Source: Camelus ferus
Taxonomy: Eukaryota
Length of the DNA stretch: 64,000 nt
NCBI RefSeq assembly: GCF_009834535.1
Contig: NC_045697.1
Span: forward strand, 106,394,001 to 106,458,000
Reading direction: 5' to 3'
The position numbers and the translations under genes were made by a program. Positions within the stretch are counted from its first letter, which is position 1; each line of letters begins with the position of its first letter. The notes under the pieces are model-generated. The model saw nothing but the letters and a program-made list of their open reading frames with translations, ran no database searches and was not told where the DNA came from. Shown piece after piece: positions 38,368 to 51,259 of the stretch.

Positions 38368-38405
<38 letters not shown>
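38368..38405. repeat. (AC)19 microsatellite
   Basis: Direct observation. Confidence 0.95.
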
Positions 38406-38407
<2 letters not shown>

Positions 38408-38949
38408 CCAAGTCCATGCTCTGGTAACACCACCTGAAGTTAAATAACAAAAGCTTTTGAGTACATTCAATGAGTGAAGTTTAAATACAATTAAATTTAA
38501 TCTGATATTGGCCTTTATCCTCAAAATATGATCTTCCTACTTATACAGTCCATCACTAGCACTGTCATCAGAAAGGAATAACGTGTACAATACATTAGGC
38601 TGCTGGTGTACAATATAGCAAGATTGACAGCAACAAGAACAAACAAAAAACATTTGCAATTGCTGCAGAATGTCATATTTTTGCATGCCAAGTTTGGGTG
38701 TAGATGAAAATACATTGAAGAGGTGGGATTTTAAGAGGTTCGTGAAGCAAGAAAAGAGGCTTGGAAAAGCACAAGAGCCAAAGTGTGTTTCTCCCCTAAA
38801 CTGGAACATCAGAGAGAATCTCAACAAAGATTTGTAAAATTTAAAAAAAAAATCATGTATGAAGCCCCCAGGGTATGATCTTTGCCATGCTAAACCCTTC
38901 AGAACATGATTTTATTGAAGACTCAAATAATGTTCTGCACTTAGTACTA

Positions 38950-39090
38950 ATAATTTCCATTTCTTAGATAAAGACATTGAGGTTTGGAGAGGTCCAGTAA
39001 CTTCCTCAAGACCAAAGAGCTAGAGGTGGCCAAGCCAGGGTTCAAGCCAGGACTTGAAAACTCAAGCTTTTAACCACTGGGCATGCTGCT
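38950..39090 (-). mobile_element. MIR SINE
   Basis: TGAGGTTTGGAGAGG..TAACTTCCTCAAGACCA..GAGGTGGCCAAGCCAGGGTTCAAGCCAGG..TTTAACCACT. Confidence 0.7.
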
Positions 39091-42000
39091 TCTTATTACG
39101 AAAGGAATGAAGAGAAACTTCTACAGAAAGATGCAATGCCTAAAGAATCAGAAACTTTTTTTTTTAACTTGGTAGAATCTGTGCAATGGGGAAAAGGAGT
39201 AGAGAGCAGAAAGTACTTGGGGGTGTTGGTGGAAGAGCTGAGGAATATGCCCTATTTGCCAGGGGAAAAAAAACATATTTTCATCAAAACAAAATCCAAA
39301 TTCACCTTGTAACCAAAGTGCCAGCACTTTGGCAATGTTAAATGAGGATGCTGCTGTATCCCGTAGTGCAGAAACAGGCACTACAGATACCACAGCTAGA
39401 TAAAAGCATTACATCCTACAAGTAGTTTCTTAACAAAAATAACAAGTCCCAAACCACACTGCTCTGGTCAGCCATAGTTTGGACTATTTACCTAAAATTT
39501 TATGCTTAAGTTTTTACTACTGGAACCTTAGCTCACACTCGTTAGAGGCATTGCTTTAATGTTCATTTCAAACTGAATGTTACAGAAATGAGGAAGAACA
39601 CAGTAAGAGTATAGAGTGATGTTTGGGTCTGCCACCAACCTAGAAAATGACAGAGAGGAGTGCAGTTGACAGCTGCTAAACATAGGGAAGAAATAACCTT
39701 TCCCCTACCTAACCACTTCAAACCCACTTTAAACAAATGAAAAGTACCAAAAAATATATTTCTCCAAGAAATTTCTTTGTAAAATTTAGATTATGACTGA
39801 ACACTTATGTACCTTCAGTGTTGCCAAATGCTGGGTCAGAGAAACCAAGGGAGGTCAGAGTCTTTCTAGAGAGGTCTTAGCTTAGAGGAAGTGCTCTCAA
39901 GGAGACAAAGAATAAGGATGGTATTCATTGTTTTGAACTAGGAGAAAGCAGATACTGACCAAGATAACACAGCGTGAGAACTACAAGAGAGAAATGAAAG
40001 ATGAGTAATTCTGAAAACAAGAAGAAAAAAGATGAGGAGTTCTGTGTTAACCAATATTTTTGCATTTCTGTGATTTGCTGAAAAATCACAGAGCGTTTAC
40101 TATTTTGCAACCATTACCCATAACTGGCAGAATTATTATCAATAAATCTTGGATTAACAAAGACGTTTGATGAAAATATGAAATTCAGTGGGTCCACATA
40201 GGTAGAGGATTTGGTTCTTAGGTTTGCACATCAAGAAATTCACTAAATACAACTTTCTGATTTTTACACTTAGTATCACTACTCCTACTCTTTCCACATT
40301 AATGGAAAAATGCTGTAAAAGAAAGGAATTAATGCTGACCCTAAAAATAATAATCATAATTTTTGTTACTTTACCTAGGGCTAATTGAAATATTTTACCT
40401 ATAATATTAACAAAAACAAATATTAGATTGCAAGATAATATTTAAGGAATGAACACATTTTGTAAAAAAAAAAAGTATATTAATAAATCTGCAATGCCAT
40501 TTCATGATTTTTTTATTTTTCAAATTTTCCTAAAAACAACATGCATTGATTGCTCATATAATTTTTAAAAGATGGCATAGGAAGAAGTAAAATCTAATAA
40601 AATGATTTCATTAACCAAAATCATCTATCACCAAAATGGCAATTCATCCATTTCTTAGAGTCACTACCATGAAGATCTTCATGGAGACAAGCATTGCTCA
40701 GTTGAATATTCACAACTGGATGCCACCTTGCCTGAGAATCTTTGGCACACATAGATTTCTGTGGCTTTGTTGAAATTCTTATTTTGTAACTCTGATTTCT
40801 CAAAGATCCATGAAATACTGTTACCTTTATTCTTTTCAAAATATCTCCATAATATATTTTTCTTTCATTACATTTAATTATATTTTAGTTGGTTTATTCC
40901 TGTTGTCATATTTAGCTCCTGTCATTTCAAAATTCATTAAATGAGTCCCTTGTAAAAGAGATGGCTGTAAATAGCAAATTCTATCCATGCATGGTGCTAC
41001 TGTCTGTCAGTCTCAAAGGATACTTCCTGAACTTGATCCTAGTTTTAAGAGTCCATCTTTTCTGATAGCCTGTAGTCTTCTCTCCACTGATTATGTTGGA
41101 TAGAGTGAAAATTTCAGTACTGTAACTGTATGTTTTAGCTCAGAATATTAAATGGTTTGGGAGCTGTGTTATCATTGCTGATCATTAGTCTTTGTCATTA
41201 AGATGACAAGTTAAACTGGTTTTTGAAGAACTGAAACCTTTACGTGTAAATATTCCTTCTGAAAAAGAAGAACAGAATGAATGGGAGTTAGGAGGGACTA
41301 TAGATGCACTTAAAAAAAGTGAGACAACATAAAATGGGCTTTATAAGTGTATATGTACTAAGAAGATCTGTTTTTGAGTTTAGGGCATTTACTATTTTTA
41401 ACTTCCATACCTGATCTAGTTTTAGTTATGTGAGCCTGAAAAAAATCTATATAAAATGAGTGTGACTACTAGTCTCATGTCTCAAGGAAAGTAACTCACA
41501 GCCCTGATGTGAATAATTTTATCACCTCTCTAAGATCCTAGAAGGATAACTTGACAGATGACGTTCTCTTCACACATCTTGCATTTTGCTTCACATTAAA
41601 CATTTACTTCACATACACCAAAAGATGTGAAGGGTGGGTAGATTAAACTATTAGTAATCATGCATTCAGCAGAGACATAATTTCACAATCACTGTGAAGC
41701 CTTCTGCAATTTGGAGACTGTACTAATGGCAACACCAGGAGGCAGAATGACCTTGTCCACTTCACAATCTCTGTGATAACAAAACCAGGGTTAGAAATTG
41801 AAAAGTTTACTCACTAGATAAATCATTTATAAATCATCTGATATTCTAGCCTCTCTGGATTGTTAACAGGCATAATAAATTATACCAATATTAAACAGCA
41901 GTCAACAAGAAAAAATTCTAAGTAGAGGTATTATATCAGATATTATTGCATCTATTTTAAAATTTCTGGTCAGGTGCATTTTAAAGTTAAAATAAAATTC

Positions 42001-42992
42001 TATTTAGGATCAATTTTCTGAACATCCCACACACCCCTTGGGAACTTGAATATCTGCTGCCAAGAGTTCCAACATGTAGAATCCAGCCTGTGACATTTCT
42101 GTCTGTAATGGAATTATCCCAGTATTTTCCCACCCCTAGTCAGGGTAAGGTTACTCAACAACAGAAGCACTTAAACAGAGACCAAGAATCATTAAGCAAA
42201 ACACTCATGAGATTTGGCAACTGAATCACATATTTACAGAAGGCTTAAAATAAGTGACTCCTCTGTGGTATCACTTGGCACTAAGAGTTATGAACAAAAC
42301 AGCTGACAAACTTGAGCCTTTGGGCACTTTATGTAACTTGCTGACCAAGAGAATTGAATTCTTTGCAGCATCTGAAAATAAATTTAGAAAAATATTTATG
42401 AATAATTTAAACTATTTAGGGTATTACATTTAGATCAAGCACATTAGAAAGAGTATTAAAATCTCCACAGATGATAGAGTGAAATATCAAAATAATTTTT
42501 CATGATAAAAGAGTCACTGTCATTTGCATTTAACAATTCACAGATATAAGAAAATTTCATTACCAAAAGTATATCAACTGCATTAGAACTTATCTAAACT
42601 ACAGATTCTTTCTCATTAAAAACCCATTTTGCCAGGTTTTCACTCTTGGTTCTTCTCTCATTCTGAAGAGCTTTCGTAGGGGAATTCATTTATACCCATA
42701 AACTCAAGTACCTCCTATGGGCTGATGTCCCTGAGTTATAAAACCATATAGCCAACTGCCTGCTAGACATATTCTTCAAGGTTGTCCATCAGGAATCGCA
42801 AACTCAACTTGACCAGATAAAATCCATGATCTTTTATATCTAAAATGTGCCCCTTTCAATATCTTTGCAAATAAAACTACCAACCATTCATACCCAGCAT
42901 TTTAATGGGGCACACATGTGAGAAAGAAGATATAGTTCAGGTCCCTAAAAAGTACAAAGTGATATCAGAAACCCATCACATAAAACCTAGAG

Positions 42993-43415
42993 ATTCAAGA
43001 AGACATACAAACGGCCAACAGGCACATGAAAAAATGCTCAATATTGCTAATTATCAGAGAAATGCAAACCAAAACTAACATGAGGTATCATCTCACACCA
43101 AACAGAATGATCATCATTAAAAAGTCCACATACAATAAATGCTGGAGAGTGTGGAGAAAAGGGAACCCTCCTATGCTGTTGGTGGGAATGTAATTTGGTC
43201 CAGCCACTATGGAAAACAGTATGGAGATTCCTTAAAAAACTAAAAATAATACTTACCATATGATCCAGCAATCCCATTCATGGGCATTTATCTAGAGAAA
43301 ACTCTAATTCAAAAAGATACATGCACTCCAATGTTCATAGCAGCATTGTTTACAATAGCCAAGACATGGAAGCAACCTAAATGTCCATCAACATATGAGT
43401 GAACAAAGAAGATGT

Positions 43416-43459
<44 letters not shown>

Positions 43460-43898
43460 ATGGAATACTACTCAACTATAAAAAAGAATGAAATAATGCC
43501 ATTTGCAGCAACATGAGATTATCATACTAAGTGAAGTATGTCAGAGAAGAACAAATCCCATAAGATATCACTTATATGTGGAATCTAAAAAGTGCACAAA
43601 TGAACTTATTTACAAAACAGACTTACAGACATAGAAAACAAGCTTATGGTTACCAAAGGGGAAAGGAGGGGAGGGATAAATTGGGAGTTTGGGATTAGCA
43701 GATACAAACTACTATATATAGAATAGGTAAACAAAAAAGTCCTACTGTATAGCACAGGGAACTATATTCAGTAACTTGTAATAACCTATAATAAAAAAGA
43801 ATATGAAAAAGAATATACATATGTATAACTGAATCACTGTGCTGTACACCAGAAACTAACACAACATTGTAAATCAACTATACTTCAATTAAAAAAAA
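42993..43898 (+). mobile_element. 5'-truncated cetartiodactyl-type L1 with internal (TA)n
   Basis: AAGAAGACATACAAACGGCCAACAGGCACATG..; 3' UTR GGGATAAATTGGGAGTTTGGGATTAGCAGATAC..CTATACTTCAATTAAAAAAAA; (TA)n at about 43418-43457. Confidence 0.93.
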
Positions 43899-43919
43899 GT
43901 CCCAAAATGTGTAGTGCTC

Positions 43920-45405
43920 AATAGCTAAAAAGGAAAAGACAGAAAAGATAGACCATGCTACACCAATCAAAAAAAGCTGGACTGGCTATATTATTAATAT
44001 TCAGTAAACTAGATTTCAGAGCAAAGAATATTACAAGGGATAGAGAAGATCACTTCATAATGATAAAAGGGTCAATTCATTAAGAGGAAATAACAGTCAT
44101 AAAGTTTTATACATCTAATGGTAGAACTACAAACTGCACAAAGCAAAAAACTGATAGAACTGCAAAGAGAAACAGACAAATGCACAATTATACTTGGAGA
44201 TGTCAACACTTTTCAATAATTACAGATAAAGTACATAGAAAATCCGTGAGGATACAGGCATCTTAAGTAATACTATTAAGCAACTTGAACTAATTGACAT
44301 TCATAAAATTAAAAAATAAAATTACAAAATTTAAAAATGCAATTTAAACCTGAAGTAAGCAAAATAAAAGAAATAAAAAGAGCAGGAAAGAAATCAACAA
44401 AACATAAAATAGAAAAAATTTTAAATCAATACACTCAAAAGCTAGTCATTTAAAAAAAATCAATAAAATTTATAAACTTCTAGACAGACTGATGAGAAAA
44501 AAAGTATGAAGACACAAGTTACAAATATCAGTAATGAAAGAGGTGCCATCACTACAGACTCTTTATAGGAAGTAAGATAATAAGGGTGTATTATCAACTT
44601 TTTGCCCATAAATTCTACAACTTAGATAAAATGGTATCCTTGAAAGACACAAACTACCAAAGATCACTCAAGAAGAATTAGATAACCTGAATAGTTCCAT
44701 ATGTATTTTTAAAATGGAACATGTAATTAAAACTTTTCAACAGAGAAAATACCATACCCAGAAGACTTCATGGGTGAATTCTACCAAATTTTTAAGGAGC
44801 TATACCAATTCTATACAAGCTCTTCCAGAAAATCGGAAGGGCAAAAGTACTCCCTACACCTTCTATAAGGCAAGCATTAAGACAAAAATCACAGATACAC
44901 TACAAGAAAAACAAAATAAAACTGACAAATAATATTCCTTATGAACATAGGTACAAAAATCCTCCAAGAAATTTTAGTAAACTACATCCAATTATAGATA
45001 AAAAGGATAATACATCATGACAAAGTGAGGTTTAGCCCCATAATGAAAGATTAGTTTAACAATTAAATACTAATTAATGTAATTCACCATATTAACAAAC
45101 AAAGAGAGAAAAAAATATGATCTTTTTACACATTTAGAAAAAAAGGTTTTACAAAATCCAGCATCCATTCTCAATAATAAAAAAAAATTCTCATCGGGCT
45201 ATGAGAAGGAAATTTTCTTGACCTAATAAAGAGCATCTATGTAGAATCTATACCTAACATCATATTTAATGGAAGAAGACTGAACATTTTTCCCCCTAGG
45301 CAAGAAGGCCTACTCTCACCCTCCTCTACAGCATTGTGCTGGAGCAAGGCAAAGAAAATGAAATGAAAGTCATCCAGATAGGAAAAGAAGGAAAACTGTC
45401 TTTAT
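43920..45405 (+). mobile_element. Older L1 internal ORF2 fragment (EN to RT), without 3' end
   Basis: EN-domain motifs (AAAGCTGG..GGCTATATTA, TTGGAGATGTCAACAC) through RT (TACATCATGACAAAGTGAGGTTTA, GGAAAAGAAGGAAAACTGTCTTTATT). Confidence 0.85.
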
Positions 45406-45944
45406 TGTCTAGTGCTCTTTCTACCATACCTCTGATTGTATAGTTTAAACATTCTCTTTTTATATATTTTAAATAGTAAAAGAATCCCACCATTAAATTA
45501 AAATTAGAACAAGAATATTAATCAACAATTACATTTTTCCTATGAAGAACAAATTTTTTGTCAAATGACCCAAAAGAACTTCTGTTAAACACACGTTAAA
45601 CACACTGAATGTCACTATGTGCTGAGAATCCTCATGGCAAAATCTGCAGTTTTTTTAAATGTCCTACTTATTGTCTTAAAATTATCATTTAAATACCTGC
45701 CCCTGTCAAACACAATGCCTTACTTGCACAGGAACAAGTAAAATGAAAGCAAAAGAATAAAAGCTAAAGACAAAGACTGTCTTAAAATAGTTGTGTCATG
45801 CTTAAACGTCATTACGTCTCTTAAAACTTCCTCTTATTGCAAACTAATTAATTCACTCACATACATTGAGAAAGTTATCACCTCAAAATAGTCCACTGTA
45901 GAGTAGAATTCCTTTCTCATTTTATTTGGAAGACAAGATTTATA

Positions 45945-46042
45945 GACTATCTGAGAGGCTGTCTCCCGGGCTGTAATCCTCATCTTGCCTCAAAGAAACC
46001 TTAACTCACAGCTCTCACGTTGTATTTTTTTTTCAGTCAACA
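45945..46042 (+). mobile_element. ERV1-type LTR 3' (R/U5) fragment
   Basis: CTGAGAGGCTGTCTCCCGGGCT..CTTAACTCACAGCTCTCACGTTGT..TTTCAGTCAACA, ending in CA. Confidence 0.6.
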
Positions 46043-47007
46043 GTAGTCCTATTTAAAATTAAAATAACTCAATGTCACTTTATTATACTGTGAGCACTTT
46101 AAAATAACCTTTCTTATTTATGGAACATATTTAAAGGATAGCAACTAACTTCTTTTTTTTTAATCCTAAGTGTTTTATGAAGAAGACTTAAAAACACTCA
46201 CATTGCTTATTCAAAAGAAGTGGAAACTTAAGCAGACACAGGTTTTGCATCATCTGGTGAAGAAACAGCCAATGGTCAGAGCTAACAGGAAGAAATGGGA
46301 TCTCTCATCAGGCAATGAGTTCCCCCTTCCTAACTACTTGAGAATTGCTGTTACTGTGCAAAAGAACTCACATGACAACACCTTAGGAATCTCCTGTTGT
46401 TTGTAAAAATTATATATATATCCTTCTTAATCTGCTCTTAGAGAAGCTAGGCATCAGAGGGGTATTTAACTGTTCTCTAATGTCCTCCAAATCTGGCACA
46501 GTTAATAAGGTTAATATTCCTAAGGTTTGATCCACATTGCTCCCATTTAGTGTTACATCAACCTGTAAGAGAAAGCTGATGTTCTATCACTTAATAGTCA
46601 GTTAGTGATTATTCTCAGCCACTTCACTGTTCATTAGCACTCCCTCTAGAGGTGGAGGGGGCGGAGAGTTCACTCAAATGGGTTGACCCTTATGCCTGTT
46701 AAAAGTTAAAATGAGACTACAGATAAGAATTTAATACCACTGGCCAAAGTGGTAAATTAGTACTGAGGGTGCTCCCTTAACCACTTTATCCCTATTATCT
46801 ATTTCTCATGCATTAGGTATTTTCTGTTTGTTAATGATTTAGAAAATAATTGTCATCTCAGACTCTCTGAAATGCCAAATCTGTAACAATGACATGATAG
46901 TGCTGAGCTCATCTAGCCTAACTACAGAGTTCTGATTTTATCACAATTGAATACGCATTAATAAATGACTCATACTTGATCCTTTGTCCTGCTCTATTAT
47001 GACTTCT

Positions 47008-47159
47008 CTCTCTCTCTCTCTCTTTTTTCTTTTTTTTAAGGGGAAGAGGTAACTAGGTTTATTTATTTACCTATTTTTTAAGTGGAGATACTGGGGATTG
47101 AACCCACGACCTTGCGCATGCTAGGCAGGCACTCTACCACTGAGCTATACCCTACCCTC
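47008..47159 (-). mobile_element. Camelid tRNA-derived SINE (vic-1 type), long form
   Basis: Reverse complement GAGGGTAGGGTATAGCTCAGTGGTAGAGTGCCTGCCTAGCATGCGCAAGGTCGTGGGTTCAATCCCCAGT..AAACCTAGTTACCTC. TSD ATGACTTCT / ATGATTTCT. Confidence 0.9.
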
Positions 47160-47304
47160 ATGATTTCTAAGGTAAATACCATTCACTCTAAGAGAATGGA
47201 TCATAAATATCAAGCTTCTTTATTGTAGATTTCTGGGTGACTTCCTCATCCAGAAAGTTTATTTACAGAAAATAGACAACATTGACCAGGTAAGAATTTG
47301 CTTC

Positions 47305-47524
47305 TTATACTATTATTATTACTATTGTGGTGAAAAACACATAACATAAAATTTACCATCTTAACCATTTTTAAGTGTATAGTCAAAAGTGTTAAGTATA
47401 TTCACACTGTTGTAAAACGGATCTCCAGAACTTTTGTATCTTGCAGAACTGAAACTCTATACCCATTAAACAACTCTTTCATTCCGCCTCCCTTCAACCC
47501 TGGTAATTCTACTTTGTTTTAAAT
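47305..47524 (-). mobile_element. L1MB-type 3' end
   Basis: ATAACATAAAATTTACCATCTTAACCATTTTTAAGTGTA..CTCCAGAACTTTT..AACTGAAACTCTATACCCATTAAAC. TSD AATTTGCTT. Confidence 0.85.
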
Positions 47525-48941
47525 AATTTGCTTTTTGTGTTCATTTTATCCAATTTTCTTGTATTTTTAATGTCTGTGAAAAAAGGGAGAACATGCAGAC
47601 TAATGTTTCAGCACGCATCTGTTTTTTTAAGTCACAATCATTATTCAAATATCAGTTTTCTCTGAATGCCATAGAATATATTGTTTCAATGCTACCGCAA
47701 CTTATATAAAAGCAATTTTATCATACCTAGAAAGTGATTGTTAAAAAAATGTAAGAAGCATTTAAGCAGTTTTTCTCCATAGTTCTGTTCAAATATAGCA
47801 AGAGTATAATTAGCTGGACAATCTGCCTAACTCTGTAATATATGTCACCTCAACTTACAAACCCGTAGACGAGCAAGTTTTACAATAACTTCCTTAAAAA
47901 AATTACTTTCAGAAAGATGAAATAAAACACCTCTAGTTTTCTCTTTCCCAAGAGGAAAGAAAGTGTATATGTATATATATATATATATACACATACACAT
48001 ATATATATGAAGTTTGAAAAAGTTTTTCATTTTTTTTAATTCAGCAAGTTAAAATGCTGCAATAATAAGGAGACATTCATTTTTCTCACCACCAAGTAAT
48101 CACTTCCACATTATTGGACAGCTTCATGGGTTTGACTGCTCCATTGCCACTTAATGATCCTGGAAATAAGCCAATATTTTTCTTGGGTTCTTTTTCTCAA
48201 AAAAAAAAAATCCAAGAGGTTACTTTGGCAACGCAACCACTCAAGTACTTCACTTTGGATTATTCCCCCTTTTTTGTGAACATTTAAAAGGTAAAGTACT
48301 TTCTTTCATTTTACCCCAAACTCAACATTTCTAAGATATAGATCTATTGATTTTACTCATGTTTCTTGAAATGAGTAAATGCAAAATCTTCTCTGAAATA
48401 AGCATCTGATTGAATGTTGTTTCTCCGAAAACAAATGCCTCAAGATATGACCCAGAACACATATTTCCAGACCAAGAAGTAATGTCTAAAATTTTTTAAG
48501 ATCTACAGAGGGAAAGCTAATAATAACCCAGCAAGCCATTGGCAGCTCAGCAGAACCTTAAATCTGCTGATAAACAGACAAGACAATGAGTTCCCAAAAC
48601 TACTAAAAACTACCAAATAATCTAAGATAAAACCATCATCTCTTCATTTCTAATCTTATAATGTTCTTTTCAGGAGTTCTATTTGTCAACACAGGCCATA
48701 GACTCACCATGTGTGGCACAAGGCTTTTGACTAAATTCACAATTCTAAATGCGTATTTTCTAATTCATTGCTGGTACATCTCTTAAATTATGCTTTGTTT
48801 GCACAAGTTGAAAAAAGTAGTATATTATACAGCTGCAAGTTCCTCCCACTCAACCTATTTTAAGTTTTAGATATTGGCCAAGATAACAATGCTCATGATC
48901 AAACACTATCACATGTTTATACATCTATTTTAAAAATATTT

Positions 48942-49085
48942 GGAGGGGAGGGTATAGATCAGTGGTAGAGTGCATGCTTAGCATGCATGAGGTACTGGGT
49001 TCGATCCCCAGTACCTCCATTAATACATACATACATACATACATACATACATACATACATACGTACCTCCCCCAACCCCCCCAAA
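48942..49085 (+). mobile_element. Camelid tRNA-derived SINE (vic-1 type) with internal (ACAT)n
   Basis: GGGGAGGGTATAGATCAGTGGTAGAGTGCATGCTTAGCATGCATGAGGTACTGGGTTCGATCCCCAGTACCTCC. TSD AAAAATAT. Confidence 0.9.
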
Positions 49086-49384
49086 AAAAATATATATATA
49101 TATATTCATTAATTCAAGGATTAAGAGTACCCTAAATGAAAGGCACTGGGCTAAGTGGTGTAAGTAACATGAAGATGGATAACTATCCCTGTCCTCAGTC
49201 AGCTTCCAATCTACCTAGGATGACAGGTATAAAGAGAACAACTATATTTTGTGTGACAAAAGCTATTATTCAAGCTAAGACACTTTTGAGAGTGAGAGAG
49301 GTGCTTTTAAAAATAAAGCTGGGAAAACAGACATAAACCAAGTCTGTCCAAGGAAAACTGCGACATATGGTCACCCTAAGTATG

Positions 49385-49610
49385 GTATACAATGATTTGT
49401 AGTTTATCAAGTGCTTTACAAAAATCTTATTTTTTTTCCTTAAATCAAAGCTATGAAATAAATAACACAACACTATCCCCACTTGTAGATGGGAAAACTA
49501 AGGCTCAGAGAAACTAAATGATTTATCTAATGACATGTGTAGCTAACAAATGATAGGTTCAAGGTTTGAATTGAAATTTTCTAATTCCAAATATAACGTC
49601 TTTCTGTTAT
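49385..49610 (-). mobile_element. MIR SINE
   Basis: TATCCCCACTTGTAGATGGGAAAACTAAGGCTCAGAGAAACTAAATGATT. Confidence 0.75.
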
Positions 49611-50247
49611 AACATATTGCTCATCGATAACTGTAGCTACTAGGCACATAGCTACATTCTATAATCACAACTTGTGGGAAGCATAGTTCATCTGATTATA
49701 ATACCCATATAGAAATACAGGAAAATATTTACCAATTTGCTATTATTATCACTTTCATGGCAAAATTTATGGGGATAAATAAGGGAGATTAATTTGAAAA
49801 ATTACATAACATGAAGTTCATTTTTTGACTTCCCCAAAAATAAGAGCTAAGACAATTTCAAGTAAAATCAGAATGTAAAGAGGGATGTCTTCATTACCAT
49901 TATTCAAAACTGTCTTAAAAGTTGTAATGAATAAATACTGAATAAGAGGAGATAAAAACATCTTTTCTGCTACTAAGATTGTATAATACTAGTGATAATG
50001 ACTAGAATTTTGAAAAATTGGTAAGATGGCTAGATTCAAGATATTTTAAAACTATAATTTTTCTGTGTTCCAGCAAAATAAGCTCCCCTTCCTATCACAC
50101 CCAGGCTCCTCCAGACCACTTCTCATTCTATATATAGATTTCTGCCCTGGTTACATCAGATATTTACAACCTTGAACGCAATATTTAACATCCCACTCTG
50201 AATTATCTGCTTTGAATGATTTCTCCAAATTCCAGAGCTATCAACAG

Positions 50248-50387
50248 AAAAATGATTTATCTTACATCTATGACCAACAGTACTTATCTTTATCTTACAT
50301 CTATGACCAACAGTACTAAAAATGATTTATCTTACATCTATGACCAACAGTACTTATCTTTATCTTACATCTATGACCAACAGTACT
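50248..50387. repeat. Perfect 2 x 70-bp tandem repeat built from four 29-bp units
   Basis: (AAAAATGA-U-TATC-U)x2, where U = TTTATCTTACATCTATGACCAACAGTACT. Confidence 0.95.
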
Positions 50388-50847
50388 AAAATCTTCCCTT
50401 TCAGGACAAAGACCCTACCTCTAAGACAAAATTCTACCCCACTCTTAGAGTCACTGGCAGCAAATTCCTGGACATTTTTAAATTGCACATTTGTCTGTTT
50501 CCATTCTTCAAGAATGCATGACCACTGACATCCAGTATTAGAGCACTGAAGGCAGACAAAGGAAAAAATGCCCATGATAAAAAGACAAGCACGTTATTTT
50601 TATAGAAATTGTCCAATTCGATATTAGCTCCCTAATAACCTGATACAACCTGTTTTATATGTCTCTTTCAGCCTTTAAAATCTTTTTTTTCTATAAAACT
50701 TAGAAACTAGCTGGTTTGTCAATGAGATTCATATGTCACCCTTCTAAAGACTTCTAGTAACATTAAAAGAATTTTCATTTAATTGTTGTAGTATTGAGAT
50801 TTATTCCCTGAGAACTGTTATCTTCTGTGCCTGTAATAGGTATTTGG

Positions 50848-51256
50848 GGCTCTCCCTGTGGACTTGATGAAGTGAGCAGCCATATGAAGAAGCCCACATA
50901 GCAAAGAAGTACAATAACCGTTGGGGCTCTAGGGACTGCAAGTGGCCTCTAGGACCTGAAGCCATATCCAGCCAACAATCAGCAAAAAGTTGCTCTCTTC
51001 AGTTATATAACCACAAGAAAATGGATTCTGCCAACAACCTAAATGAGCTTAGAAATGGATTCTTCCCCAGTCAAGCCTTCAATTGAGAATGCAACCTGAA
51101 GACAGTGAATGAAGCCTTCTGAGACCTGGAGCACAAAAACACATTCAAGTCATGCCCAGAATCCTGGCCCACAGAAACTGAGATAATAAATGTGTGTGTT
51201 GTTTTCAGTCACTTAATTTGTGATCATTTGTTACACAGCAATGGGAAACTAATAGA
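50848..51256 (+). mobile_element. MLT1E-family LTR
   Basis: GTGGCCTCTAGGACCTGA..CAGCCAACAATCAGCAA..TTCTGCCAACAACCTAAATGAGCTT..CCCACAGAAACTGAGATAATAAAT..GAAACTAATA. Confidence 0.85.
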
Positions 51257-51259
51257 CTT

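Noticed and set aside
40667..40684. Perfect 18-bp palindrome CCATGAAGATCTTCATGG
   Set aside because: On the order of one such palindrome is expected by chance in 64 kb of AT-rich DNA, and there is no supporting structure.
48700..48712. Strong minus-strand donor ATG|GTGAGT as a possible IQCM 5' UTR exon end
   Set aside because: No convincing partner acceptor or promoter features upstream; isolated donor-like motifs are common.
48942..49020. tRNA-like sequences (also 19782-19860 and 47085-47159)
   Set aside because: They have A/B boxes but also A-rich tails and TSDs, and lack a proper acceptor stem. They are SINEs, not tRNA genes.
50248..50387. Four 29-bp direct repeats resembling a CRISPR array
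   Set aside because: Spacers are only 4-8 bp and are themselves repeated; there are no cas genes and the context is mammalian. It is a tandem duplication.
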